Shown: positions 7,832 through 17,007 of the stretch, one piece after another
Layout of the letters: each line of letters opens with the position of its first letter
Position numbering within the stretch: the first letter of the stretch is position 1
From: Gemmatimonadales bacterium
Lineage (GTDB): Bacteria > Gemmatimonadota > Gemmatimonadetes > Gemmatimonadales > Gemmatimonadaceae
DNA length: 64,000 nt
Assembly (NCBI GenBank): GCA_038208605.1
Contig: JBBQYO010000001.1
Span: forward strand, 1,408-65,407
Direction: 5' to 3'
Notes under the pieces: generated by a model
Database searches by the model: none
What the model was told of the DNA's origin: nothing
What the model saw: the letters and a program-made list of their open reading frames with translations, nothing else
Translations under genes and position numbers: made by a program

Positions 7832-8848
7832 CTACCCGCGCACCAACGCCACGATTAAGGCGATCACTCCGAGCACTACTCCAAATCCTCCCATCGCGAT
7901 CGCAACCTGCGCAGTCTTTCTCCATCTGAGCTCCGCTGCCTCGACCGCGTGCATCAGGCGATCCTCACTCGATTGCTGCGGCTCGCCAAACAACGACTGC
8001 TGCATGATACCGCGGCCTTCGATGACTTCACCCATCGCTCTATCGAACTCGGCCTGATGAATTCGTTTCGCTGCATCGAACCCCGGAACCGCAGCCGCCA
8101 TCGTCGCAGCCTTCAGCACCGCATTCTTGATATCTCCACCGCTCACCTCATAACGCTCCGCTAACTCGCGAAAGTTCACGTCGTCGGCAAGCGGCGTCCT
8201 GGTGGGATGGATTTGAACCTTCCATATCTGCTCACGCTCTTCTACCCCCGGCATCTCGAATCTCACGTGGGTCCGAATGCGCCGTTCGAACGCAGGATCG
8301 AAATTCACGGCGAGGTTCGTCGCGAAGATCACGACTCCATTGAACGCCTCGAGCTCCTTCAGGAGCACGTTGACGACGGTGTTCGACTCGCGCTGATAGG
8401 CTTGCGCAGTGCCGGTGGTTCGGCGCGACGCGATAGCATCGGCTTCGTCGAAGAACAGAACGGCATCTTCTTCCGACGCCATTCGAAACACCGCTGCGAC
8501 ATTCTTCGGCGTCTCTCCCGCCCACATCGATTCCATCTCGGCGTAGCGCACGGAGAGTAATTTCTTCCCGAGCACAGTCGCGATCGCTTCGGCGCAGATG
8601 GTCTTTCCGGTGCCCGGTGGTCCCGCGAAGTTGAACGCGAGGCCAAGCCCGCTGGAATGCTTTTCGCCCAGTCCCCACTGAGTGAAAATCAGCTCGTGGC
8701 TTTTTACGAGACTGAGTGCCTCATCGAGTGCTGCACGCGTTCGTGGCGGAAGAACCACATCGGCGAACGTACGGTGCGCGATGATTGTCTCAACCGCGCG
8801 CCGGCCGCCAATCCGGCCTGCAAACAAGTCACGAAGTGGGCTTGGCAT
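7832..8848 (-). CDS. AAA+ ATPase with a C-terminal membrane anchor
   Basis: Walker A GPPGTGKT, Walker B LFFDEAD, ATN..FDPAFERR; hydrophobic C-terminal tail. Confidence 0.92.
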   Translation of the reverse strand: MPSPLRDLFAGRIGGRRAVETIIAHRTFADVVLPPRTRAALDEALSLVKSHELIFTQWGLGEKHSSGLGLAFNFAGPPGTGKTICAEAIATVLGKKLLSVRYAEMESMWAGETPKNVAAVFRMASEEDAVLFFDEADAIASRRTTGTAQAYQRESNTVVNVLLKELEAFNGVVIFATNLAVNFDPAFERRIRTHVRFEMPGVEEREQIWKVQIHPTRTPLADDVNFRELAERYEVSGGDIKNAVLKAATMAAAVPGFDAAKRIHQAEFDRAMGEVIEGRGIMQQSLFGEPQQSSEDRLMHAVEAAELRWRKTAQVAIAMGGFGVVLGVIALIVALVRG

Positions 8849-9044
8849 CAGCGGTTGTCTCGTCCAGGGAAGCGCACACGTATCTCATTCGCATGGAACG
8901 CTCCATGTGGGGAGCTATTACACCCCCCGAGTCAGGCTGTTCGACAACATGCTCTGTCAGGCATTCGGCTTCAGCCCAGCTCAGTGAGGAATAACGATTC
9001 AGCGCCGAGGAAAGAACTAACCTCTCAACGGCGATCGAATGTGC

Positions 9045-10529
9045 TCAACGTCTCCATTCGGCCGCGGCGCCGGCGTTGCCGGCCTGATCAACAGCCTGGA
9101 CGACGACGCGGTCGGACTGAGCGCCAACGCTGGACGTGCGCTCGGACCCGAAAAGAATCCGGGTCGTCCACGCGCCGGAAGTGTGAATCCTGAGTGCCCA
9201 CCATCGCACGTCTTCTCCCGCCGACGGAGTGATCTGAAGCACGCCCGAGGCTACCGATATCGACGGTGCCGGCGGCGGAACGGCATCGAGCCACGGTGAT
9301 GCCGGGACAAGTGCAGCTTCCTTGTAAAGATCGCCGGCAAGTATTGTCGCCAACGCTCCGCCATTTCGCTTGAGGGTCGTGTTCGTGTTGTATAGAAGGT
9401 TTCCGGTTCCAGACGTGCGTTGGCGGGTAGCGCGGATCTGATCGGGAATTTCCTGCGCGGAGAAGGCGCTGGCAGTGCCATCACTCACTCGGTATGCGGC
9501 GAGGCCCGGCCAGACATGGCGCCCCATCGTGTTCTGGGAGAACCACCAGTCGAGGAGCGCGGGGTAACTCTGCTGGGGCGCGGAGATCGCCCAATAGAGC
9601 TGAGGTGCGAGATAGTCCACCCATCCCTGTTGAAGCCATTTTCTGGAGTCCGCATAAATACTGGCATACGCGTCGAGTCCTGTCACACCTGGAGGAAAGC
9701 CCGGACGCCATATGCCGAACGGAGAAATGCCAACCTTGAGCGCGGGCTTGATCGCGTGAACTTGGCGATACATCCGCTCGACAAACCGATCGATATTCGC
9801 GCGGCGCCAGTCAGCGAGCGCGAGTCCGCCTCCATACTTCGCGAACGTTGCGTTGTCGGGAAACGGAATCGGTTTGCCTGCGGCGTCGTTCACGACATAC
9901 GGATAGAAGTAGTCGTCGGCATGAATTCCGTCGATGTCGTACCTCCGGACTATGTCGGAGATCACGCTGATCGAGCGATCCTGCACATCCTGCTCGCCGG
10001 GATCCATCCAGATATCCGATCCGTACACCCGGATGAGATCGCGCCGCGTTTTGAAGAGATGCGGCGCAACCATCTTCGCGGTGTCGGACACGTTGCCCGC
10101 GCGGAAGGGATTTATCCATGCATGCAGCTCGAGCCCTCGCGCGTGCGCTTCCTGAATCGCAAACGCGAGAGGGTCGTAACCGGGACTCTGGCCCTGAGTA
10201 CCGGTGAGAAGAGATGCCCATGGCTCGAGAGAGGACTGGTACACCGCGTCCCCAGCAGGTCGAACCTGAAAGACTATTGTGTTGAGGCCTGCCGCCTTCG
10301 CTTTCGCGAGAATATCGACGAGCTCGGCCTGTTGTTGCGCCGCGGTCAGGGTACGCGCGGAAGGCCAGTCGATATTGGCAACCGTAGCGACCCACAGCCC
10401 TCGCATTTCTCGTGTTAGGGGTGCGGCCGCGGTGTCCGTGGTCACAGGGCTCGGGCCGCTGACGTCAGGGCTCGTCCCGGAGCAGGCAGCCGCACCGAAC
10501 AGGCAAACCGAAAGCGCGATTGCCCGCAT
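9045..10529 (-). CDS. GHL10 (YddW/DigH-like) glycoside hydrolase lipoprotein
   Basis: REMRGLWVATVANIDWPS, QVRP.GDA.Y.S, LHAWINPFR, DDYFYPY, PQLYW; lipobox AAAC. Confidence 0.9.
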   Translation of the reverse strand: MRAIALSVCLFGAAACSGTSPDVSGPSPVTTDTAAAPLTREMRGLWVATVANIDWPSARTLTAAQQQAELVDILAKAKAAGLNTIVFQVRPAGDAVYQSSLEPWASLLTGTQGQSPGYDPLAFAIQEAHARGLELHAWINPFRAGNVSDTAKMVAPHLFKTRRDLIRVYGSDIWMDPGEQDVQDRSISVISDIVRRYDIDGIHADDYFYPYVVNDAAGKPIPFPDNATFAKYGGGLALADWRRANIDRFVERMYRQVHAIKPALKVGISPFGIWRPGFPPGVTGLDAYASIYADSRKWLQQGWVDYLAPQLYWAISAPQQSYPALLDWWFSQNTMGRHVWPGLAAYRVSDGTASAFSAQEIPDQIRATRQRTSGTGNLLYNTNTTLKRNGGALATILAGDLYKEAALVPASPWLDAVPPPAPSISVASGVLQITPSAGEDVRWWALRIHTSGAWTTRILFGSERTSSVGAQSDRVVVQAVDQAGNAGAAAEWRR

Positions 10530-10615
10530 TGCAGGCAGGTTCCGGTTTCCGCAATCAACCCTTCGCTTGAAACCCGATGCAGGAAGATCGGTCATTGTTC
10601 CTCAAGCTAATCCTA

Positions 10616-10911
10616 GTGGTCTGATCAGTCTCTAATGTGAACCGCCCGAGGCCGCCGAGGACGCCGGGGAAAAGCACGTTCTTTTTTTTCAACGTGGTCT
10701 GATCAGCTTCTAATGTGAACCGCCGAGGCCGCCGAAAACGCCGAGGAAAAACACGACCTTTTTTTTTACGTGGTCTGATCAGCTTCTAATGTGAACCGCC
10801 GAGGCCGCCGAGAACGCCGGGGAAAAACACGTCCCTTTTTTTCCACGTGGTCTGATCGGGTTACGATAAAAATGGGCAATCCTCGGCGTTCTCGGCGGCC
10901 TCGGCGGTTAA
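10616..10911. repeat. three tandem ~77-bp REP-like units, a partial fourth, and an inverted core copy
   Basis: Units start GTGGTCTGATC at 10616, 10694, 10770 and 10847. The core AACCGCCGAGGCCGCCGAGAACGCCG has its reverse complement at 10881-10911. Confidence 0.93.
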
Positions 10912-10984
10912 CTAAAGCCGAATTTTCGGTGCGATCTGCACCCATTTTTATCTGTGCATCGTTTTCGTCCTCGCTAGTTACGCA

Positions 10985-12529
10985 TCAGCGTTTCCCGGCC
11001 GTGACGGGCGGCGTATTGGTCCGTCGCACAATTTCCGGGACGTTGCTGAGGACTGTGATACCATTTCCCGCAGACCTGCGGACCATCACGAATGTGCGAC
11101 CGTCCGGAGACACATCGTAATTCGCGTGCGAAAATCCCGGTACCATGTCTTTGATGGGAAACAGAAACTGTCTGCCGAGTACCAGCACTTTGCCCGTGTG
11201 GTTCATTACTGCGCCGACCAGATCCTGTGAAACGCTCTCTCTATAGTAGAGCGTGCCGGCGTCGGGACTCCACACGGGCTCGGTGCCGCCGCGCGCAGAT
11301 ACCATGAACACGTCGCCGCCTCGCATCCACGGTCTGACGTAGACTTCGTCCCTGCCAGTTTCGTTCGAGACGTAAGCAAGCCATTTCCCATCGTGTGACA
11401 CTGTTGGCGATCGCGTCTCGAAACGATCTGCGATGACAGGGATGATTGGTCCCTCGCCCTTCTGGCTGACGAGCGCGACGTCCATCTTCGATCCTGGTTC
11501 GAGATCGGACGCGGTCGTGACGATTCCGCTTCCGTCGCTTAGCCATTCGCCCGAATAGACGAGCGACTGGGCAGTGAGCAGCGAGTCATGCGTTGCCTTC
11601 TGGCCGGGACGCGCCCGGTAAATCCCAAGCGCGCCAAGCCGGTAGGAAGTGTACGTGATCGATGTTCCGTCGGGCGTCCACACTGCATCGTGTGCATCGC
11701 GCTCGAACGTCGCCCGCTCCAGCCGCTCGCTGCCGACTGCGACAGTCCACACGTCGCGACCCTCCGGTGTCGCGAGATCAACGGAGATGCGCTTCCCGTC
11801 CGGAGAGAAGCGGGGATTGCCGAACGATCCGCGCTCCGTCGTCGCGCTGCGCAGAATTCCTTCGTGAGTGACAGTCACGAGAGAGCGCGGCCCTTCCGGC
11901 AGATACGCGACGTTGCCGTTCCTGGAAACCGCGAATTGCGCGATGCCCGTTCCAGTCAGCGAGACGTTCGCCCCGATCTGTACCGGCTTCGCGGTCACTC
12001 TGCCAGAATTCCTGTCGAACGGTGCGGCCCAGAGAGATCCGTCAGACTTCACATATACGATGTGACCTGCGGCATAGCGCATCTCGACCAGACTACCGCC
12101 GACGGCGCGCGTTGCCTCGCCTTCGATTTTCGGCTGACGCGTGTCTGTTTCGTCGGGTATGGAATCAGCCCCGTCCACGATCTCTGACCTGTCGGAATCG
12201 ATGTCCTGCGATTCCACGACATTCTGACCGTTGTCGTTCTGCGTCATGAACAGGACGGCGGAGCCGTCCGACGTCATGCCGATCTGCCGCTGGAATGCGG
12301 CCGCGGCCGAAGCTCCCGGATTCTGAACTCGGAGCTCGATACGGCCGGGCGGTAGTTTCGGCGCGAAACCCAGCGCATTGCGGCCGACGCCGAGGCTGAG
12401 GGTTGCGACCATGACGGCGGTTGCGGACATGCCCGCGATGACTGCGATGCGCCCCAGCTTGAGTGGCTTCGTAATCTCCGCAGCCCGCGGCTCGCCCGTG
12501 TGGCCAAGTCGCAGCCCACCATTGACCAT
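10985..12529 (-). CDS. TolB/PD40 beta-propeller membrane protein
   Basis: N-terminal TM segment; PRFSPDGKRI, WTPDG, SHDGKWLAYVSNETGRDEVYV, GGTEPVWSPD, NYDVSPDG. Confidence 0.82.
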   Translation of the reverse strand: MVNGGLRLGHTGEPRAAEITKPLKLGRIAVIAGMSATAVMVATLSLGVGRNALGFAPKLPPGRIELRVQNPGASAAAAFQRQIGMTSDGSAVLFMTQNDNGQNVVESQDIDSDRSEIVDGADSIPDETDTRQPKIEGEATRAVGGSLVEMRYAAGHIVYVKSDGSLWAAPFDRNSGRVTAKPVQIGANVSLTGTGIAQFAVSRNGNVAYLPEGPRSLVTVTHEGILRSATTERGSFGNPRFSPDGKRISVDLATPEGRDVWTVAVGSERLERATFERDAHDAVWTPDGTSITYTSYRLGALGIYRARPGQKATHDSLLTAQSLVYSGEWLSDGSGIVTTASDLEPGSKMDVALVSQKGEGPIIPVIADRFETRSPTVSHDGKWLAYVSNETGRDEVYVRPWMRGGDVFMVSARGGTEPVWSPDAGTLYYRESVSQDLVGAVMNHTGKVLVLGRQFLFPIKDMVPGFSHANYDVSPDGRTFVMVRRSAGNGITVLSNVPEIVRRTNTPPVTAGKR

Positions 12530-12540
12530 GATGCTCGACT

Positions 12541-13773
12541 TCAGGGCACGAATACAGCCCCGTGCGGCATCATCATTCCCTTCAATCCGTTCGGCCAGAG
12601 CGCTTTCATGAAACTCACGCCCGGCTTCGTTGCACCCGGGTCTCTGAACCGGTCATCCCACGTGAGCCTTCCGGTAGTCGAGTTGAAATGCCCAATCATC
12701 ACGACCGGCAGGCCGTCCCCCTGATCGTCGACAACAACTCTGTCGCTTCCCGGGTCTCGTGCCACCCAGTGTGGATAGAAGGTCGAATCTGTCGAAACCG
12801 AAGACACTTCTTTCGGGTGCTCCGGATCAGCGATATCGATCGTCGCGTAACGATGACCGTACGCGATAGGCATCAGCATGAAGTGACCCGTGATTACCGG
12901 CACCGAGCATCCAAAATCATTTGGCCTGTCGAGCGTCAGGACGCGCTCCAGTTTTGGATCGGCTTCGAGGCCGGAAATTCGGTAGAGTCCGCATGTGTAC
13001 GTGTTCATCATTGCGGTTCGTCCGTCGGCGAGCGTTCGAACTTCGAACGGATATCTGAAGTCCGAGTCTGCAGCTACCTTCTGAACTGCGAGCGTCTTGA
13101 TGAGCTTGAGATCGGAGATGCGCCACACCTGCACCGTCTTTGCAACTGTCTCCGAATCCATTGGAGAGCTCGTTGTAACGATCCTGTCGATTGCCGGAAG
13201 CAGAGTCAGCGCATACGTCCTGATCTTCTCACCGGGAAATGCCGGATCGACGGAGCTGCTGTACCGCAAGAGTTTCCCTTCACTGTCGAACTCCGCGAGT
13301 CCGCCGGAATTTCCCGGCTCGCTCTTGTCGCCGAACTGAATTGTCGCGATCACGTGCCCATTCGACATCCGCGCAAATGAGTGTGCCGTGTGTGCGCCGG
13401 GGACGGGCGCTGTATGGCCGGCAAGCCGGGGACGCACGGGATCAGTGAAATTGATCAGGAAATTGCGATCGGCAGAGAAGTCGTTCACGAACAGCGAGCC
13501 GCGGCGCGGAAGCTCGAACTCGCTGTGATGCGGCATCCTCCCGGCCGTGTCCACCGTCAGTGCATTGATGACAGTTCCATAAGTCGGGCTGGCAGGATCT
13601 GCGTCGAGGACGGCAACAATGTCGACACCGTTTTTTTTCGGCGTTCCGCTACCTGCCCATAAATACAGGTAACGCGAAGGTTTCGCCGTCGACTGATATC
13701 CAGCGGCGCTTGCGAGAAGCGACGCTGCAAGAGTTCCGGCAGCCACAACACTGCCTAGGAAGCGCACGCGCAT
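12541..13773 (-). CDS. secreted beta-propeller, selenium-binding protein (SBP56)-like
   Basis: Signal peptide; AVLDADPASPTYGTV, MPHH, AHSF, YPHW, C-terminal PHG. Confidence 0.6.
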   Translation of the reverse strand: MRVRFLGSVVAAGTLAASLLASAAGYQSTAKPSRYLYLWAGSGTPKKNGVDIVAVLDADPASPTYGTVINALTVDTAGRMPHHSEFELPRRGSLFVNDFSADRNFLINFTDPVRPRLAGHTAPVPGAHTAHSFARMSNGHVIATIQFGDKSEPGNSGGLAEFDSEGKLLRYSSSVDPAFPGEKIRTYALTLLPAIDRIVTTSSPMDSETVAKTVQVWRISDLKLIKTLAVQKVAADSDFRYPFEVRTLADGRTAMMNTYTCGLYRISGLEADPKLERVLTLDRPNDFGCSVPVITGHFMLMPIAYGHRYATIDIADPEHPKEVSSVSTDSTFYPHWVARDPGSDRVVVDDQGDGLPVVMIGHFNSTTGRLTWDDRFRDPGATKPGVSFMKALWPNGLKGMMMPHGAVFVP

Positions 13774-13786
13774 GAAGACCCGTTCC

Positions 13787-15199
13787 TTAGGGGAAAATTC
13801 CCCGCTGAGTGTAAGCCATCGCAACCTTCCCGATCGCATTTATGAATGCAGCTGTTCTCAGGTCGACGCCGCGGTCTTTTTGAATGGTCCGCAGTTCCGC
13901 ATACGCCGCGATCATCGTTTCTTCGAGTCCGGAATTTACGAGCTCCTCCTCACCGGCAGCCTCACTCGCGCGGCCGCGGTCATCGTCGGTGAAATGCTTA
14001 CCAGTCAGATGCTCGACCGCTTCGAGAAGCCGCTCGTTGCTGCGCTCCTGGAACCGCTTCTCCATGCGGCCGTAGCGCATGTGTGAGAGATTTTTCACCC
14101 ACTCAAAATACGATACGGTCACACCACCAGCGTTCGTGTAGATGTCGGGAAGCAGCAGCACATTGCGCGCGAGCAACTTTTCACTCGCGTCGGCGGTCAC
14201 CGGTCCATTCGCACCCTCGACTATGATCTTCGCATTGATGCGATCGACGTTCTCGCCGGTGATCTGATTTTCCAGAGCCGCTGGAACGAGCACGTCGCAT
14301 TCGAGCTCCAGCCCGTCGGTACTCCTTTGAAGATCGGCCGAGCCCGGGAATCCGAGTATCGATCCCGTTTCTTTCCTGTGCTCGATGACTTTGTCTACAT
14401 CCAGTCCGTTTTCGGAGTAGATGCCGCCTTCGCGCTCCAGCAGTGCGATGATGATTCCACCGTATCCTTCAATGAATTTTGCTGCGTGGTATCCGACGTT
14501 GCCGAGTCCCTGCACAACGACGCGTTTTCCATCGACACCGGTGGAGAGGCCGAGCGGCTTCATGTCTTCAGCGTAGCAGACGGCTTCGCGCAGCGCGAAT
14601 GCGACGCCGCGTCCCGTGCTCGCTGCACGTCCGCGAACTCCGCCCTGAGTAACTGGTTTTCCGGTCACGCAGCCCTGCGCATCGATCTGTCCTGGCGAGA
14701 GGGTCGAGTACGTGTCCATGATCCACGCCATCTCGCGCGGTCCGGTGCCCATATCAGGCGCGGGCACATCCATTCCAGGACCAATCAGGTTCTTCGCGAA
14801 CAGCTCATACGTAAACCGTCTCGTCACGCGCTCGAGCTCGTCTACCGAATATTTCTCGGGATCGATGCGGACCGCTCCCTTCGCTCCACCGAACGGCACA
14901 TCGACCAGCGCGCATTTGTACGTCATCAGCGCGGCGAGCGCTGACACCTCGTCTTCATCGACGTTCGCAGCGTAGCGAATGCCGCCTTTCGTCGGCAGGC
15001 GATGAACGCTGTGCTGCGCGCGCCATCCGCTGATGACTTCGATCGTTCCGTCGTCGCGCTTGAGCGGGAAACGCATTCTGTAGACGGAGTTGCAGGCCTT
15101 GATCTGTTCCAGCAGCCCCGGATTGAGATCGAGGTGGGCCGAGGCCTTGTCGAAATACTTGTTGACCTGCGCGAACATCGGGATGTGCTGCGTCGTCAT
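13787..15199 (-). CDS. gdhA: Glu/Leu/Phe/Val dehydrogenase (glutamate dehydrogenase)
   Basis: PTKGGIRY, MTYKCA, PFGGAKG, VPAPDMGT, GLGNVG, EGANGP, NAGGVTVSYFEW. Confidence 0.95.
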   Translation of the reverse strand: MTTQHIPMFAQVNKYFDKASAHLDLNPGLLEQIKACNSVYRMRFPLKRDDGTIEVISGWRAQHSVHRLPTKGGIRYAANVDEDEVSALAALMTYKCALVDVPFGGAKGAVRIDPEKYSVDELERVTRRFTYELFAKNLIGPGMDVPAPDMGTGPREMAWIMDTYSTLSPGQIDAQGCVTGKPVTQGGVRGRAASTGRGVAFALREAVCYAEDMKPLGLSTGVDGKRVVVQGLGNVGYHAAKFIEGYGGIIIALLEREGGIYSENGLDVDKVIEHRKETGSILGFPGSADLQRSTDGLELECDVLVPAALENQITGENVDRINAKIIVEGANGPVTADASEKLLARNVLLLPDIYTNAGGVTVSYFEWVKNLSHMRYGRMEKRFQERSNERLLEAVEHLTGKHFTDDDRGRASEAAGEEELVNSGLEETMIAAYAELRTIQKDRGVDLRTAAFINAIGKVAMAYTQRGIFP

Positions 15200-15272
15200 G
15201 TCCCTCCCCGGGTGGATTCAACGGCCCGTGAACATGCAGAAAGGACGCTAAGGCAACAAGGCGTAAGCGCTG

Positions 15273-15765
15273 CTATGGCGACTGTCTCAAAGCGAGCAGA
15301 GCTTCGAGCTCCGGAATGTGATCGAGGTCCCTCGGCCGGCCAGCAGCACGTTTTGCGTCGATCAGCGATGGAAGATCGAGGATTCTGAATCTTATGTCAA
15401 ACGCGGCGATCTCGACTGACTTAACCAGGCACTTCGGGTAATCCCGACCCCTTTCACGACGTCGAGAACGTCGATCAATCCTTCCCTTGTGGTGAGCGCC
15501 ATGCGCGGTGTCGTTCCGAACTGGCGCTCATCCATAAAAACGGCAAGCCACTCTCGATTCCACGAGGATACGCTTTCCATGCGGCAAGAAGGGCCGATAG
15601 CCTCTTCAGGTTCTGACTGGATGTGTCGTAGCAGAGATCGACGTCGTCAGTCACTCGACGTGAGCCATGGGCCGATGCAGCAAGTCCGCCGATCACGACG
15701 AAGTTTACGCGCTCCCTTTTGAAGCCCCCAAGAATTGTAGGAAGCTCATCGGGCTGCCTGGTCAC
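15273..15765 (-). pseudogene. nucleotidyltransferase (MNT-like) with two frameshifts
   Basis: FVVIGGLAASAHGSRRVTDDVDLCY, then MDERQF...IDVLDVVKGVG, then DYPKC...LDLPSLIDAKRAAGRPRDLDHIPELEALL*. Shifts fall near 15535 and 15443. Confidence 0.8.
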
Positions 15766-15769
15766 GTCA

Positions 15770-16091
15770 TTCAACTTCATGGGCAACGTCGAGATCGACC
15801 TTCGCTCCGCCCACCTCGGCGCCGGCGTTTCGGAGATGGAAGTCAACTGCCTCATGGGCAACATCGAGATCACCATCCCGCCAGAGGTCCGCGTTCTCTG
15901 CGACGGTCATGGGCTGCTCGGCAGCTTCGATGTTGAGCGCATCGGAAATACGACGCCACCGCCCGATGCGCCGACGATCCGGGTTACGGGGACGGCTTAT
16001 CTCGGAGCGATCACGGTGACTGTGGTCGATTCCCAACGCTCCCGGGTGGGCGGAAAAGCTCAAGGCTGGATGGGCGACTCTCAAGGGCTGA
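15770..16091 (+). pseudogene. 5'-truncated LiaF/DUF2154-like membrane-stress protein with a frameshift
   Basis: MGNVEIDLRSA.....E.EVNCLMGNIEITIPP.VRV..DG.GLLGSF...IRVTG.AYLGAITV. The likely true end PNAPGWAEKLKAGWATLKG* needs a shift near 16030. Confidence 0.65.
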
Positions 16092-16253
16092 GAGTCGTCT
16101 CGAAAGCCGGACAAGCGCTGTCCACCGGCTCGGACATTCAACCCGCCCGTCCTTAAGCGGGATAGGTTCGACAGCGTTGCTGCGTAACGACTTGCGTCGA
16201 TTCTTCCGAAAGGGCAGGCATGATGCGTTAGCGATCACCTCCCTCAGGATGCA

Positions 16254-16928
16254 GTGATGCTCGCTCGTCTGTTGATCAGCCTTGGCCTGGCTGTTGGCTG
16301 CGCCTACCCCTTCACGCTCGCCGCACAGATCACACTTTCCGACATCGCCCGCGTAATTCGAGTGAGCTCGGCCGTCATCGACGCGACGGGAGTTGGCCGA
16401 AGAACCACCAGTCGAACATCGACCCGCACATCTGGAAGGACTGTCTCATCACGGATAGCGCGCCGCGCCGTCGAGAGTGGTGACGAGTTTCTTGGAGTCC
16501 CGTACGTGTGGGGAGGCAGCACGCCCCGCGGTTTCGACTGTTCGGGTTTCGTTCAATACGTCTATCGCGAGAACGGAGTAGAGCTGCCGAGGACGTCGCG
16601 GCAGATGTCGCATGCGGGGGCGCGTCTGCCGGTTGATGTTCGCTCTCTTCGCGAAGGCGACTTGATGCTGTTCCGCGGACGCGATGGGACGATCAATCAC
16701 GTCGCACTATATGCCGGCGACAATCAGATACTGCATTCCTCATCGAGCGGTCACGGCGTCAAGTACGATGATCTCGGGACGAAGCGCGGGGCGTATTTCG
16801 TTTCTCATTTTGTCGCGGCGCGTCGCGTGACCGAGAACGGCCGTTCGCTCGTCGAATCTCTCGCTGTGCTCTATAACAAGTATCCGTTCGATCATTTCGA
16901 TCTGCCGGATCTCGCTCCGCCGAGATAG
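16254..16928 (+). CDS. NlpC/P60 (C40) peptidase
   Basis: Signal peptide; GVPYVWGG...GFDCSGFVQY, LPRTSRQM, HVALY, ILHSS. Confidence 0.93.
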   Translation: MMLARLLISLGLAVGCAYPFTLAAQITLSDIARVIRVSSAVIDATGVGRRTTSRTSTRTSGRTVSSRIARRAVESGDEFLGVPYVWGGSTPRGFDCSGFVQYVYRENGVELPRTSRQMSHAGARLPVDVRSLREGDLMLFRGRDGTINHVALYAGDNQILHSSSSGHGVKYDDLGTKRGAYFVSHFVAARRVTENGRSLVESLAVLYNKYPFDHFDLPDLAPPR

Positions 16929-17007
16929 GCGCTGGTGTGACGACGGCCCGTCGAACCACTGCTCGTTGGACCACGGCTCGCCGCATCACTCATAACGGTG
17001 CGCGTTA

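Noticed and set aside
8849-9044. Small ORF or sRNA between the GHL10 and AAA genes
   Set aside because: Only very short frames with no clear RBS, and no convincing structure.
10616-10911. CRISPR array
   Set aside because: The units are near-identical along their whole length, there are no unique spacers, and no cas genes are in the window.
10791-11120. ORF MNRRGRRERRG...
   Set aside because: It arises from translating the repeat and runs antisense into the PD40 gene.
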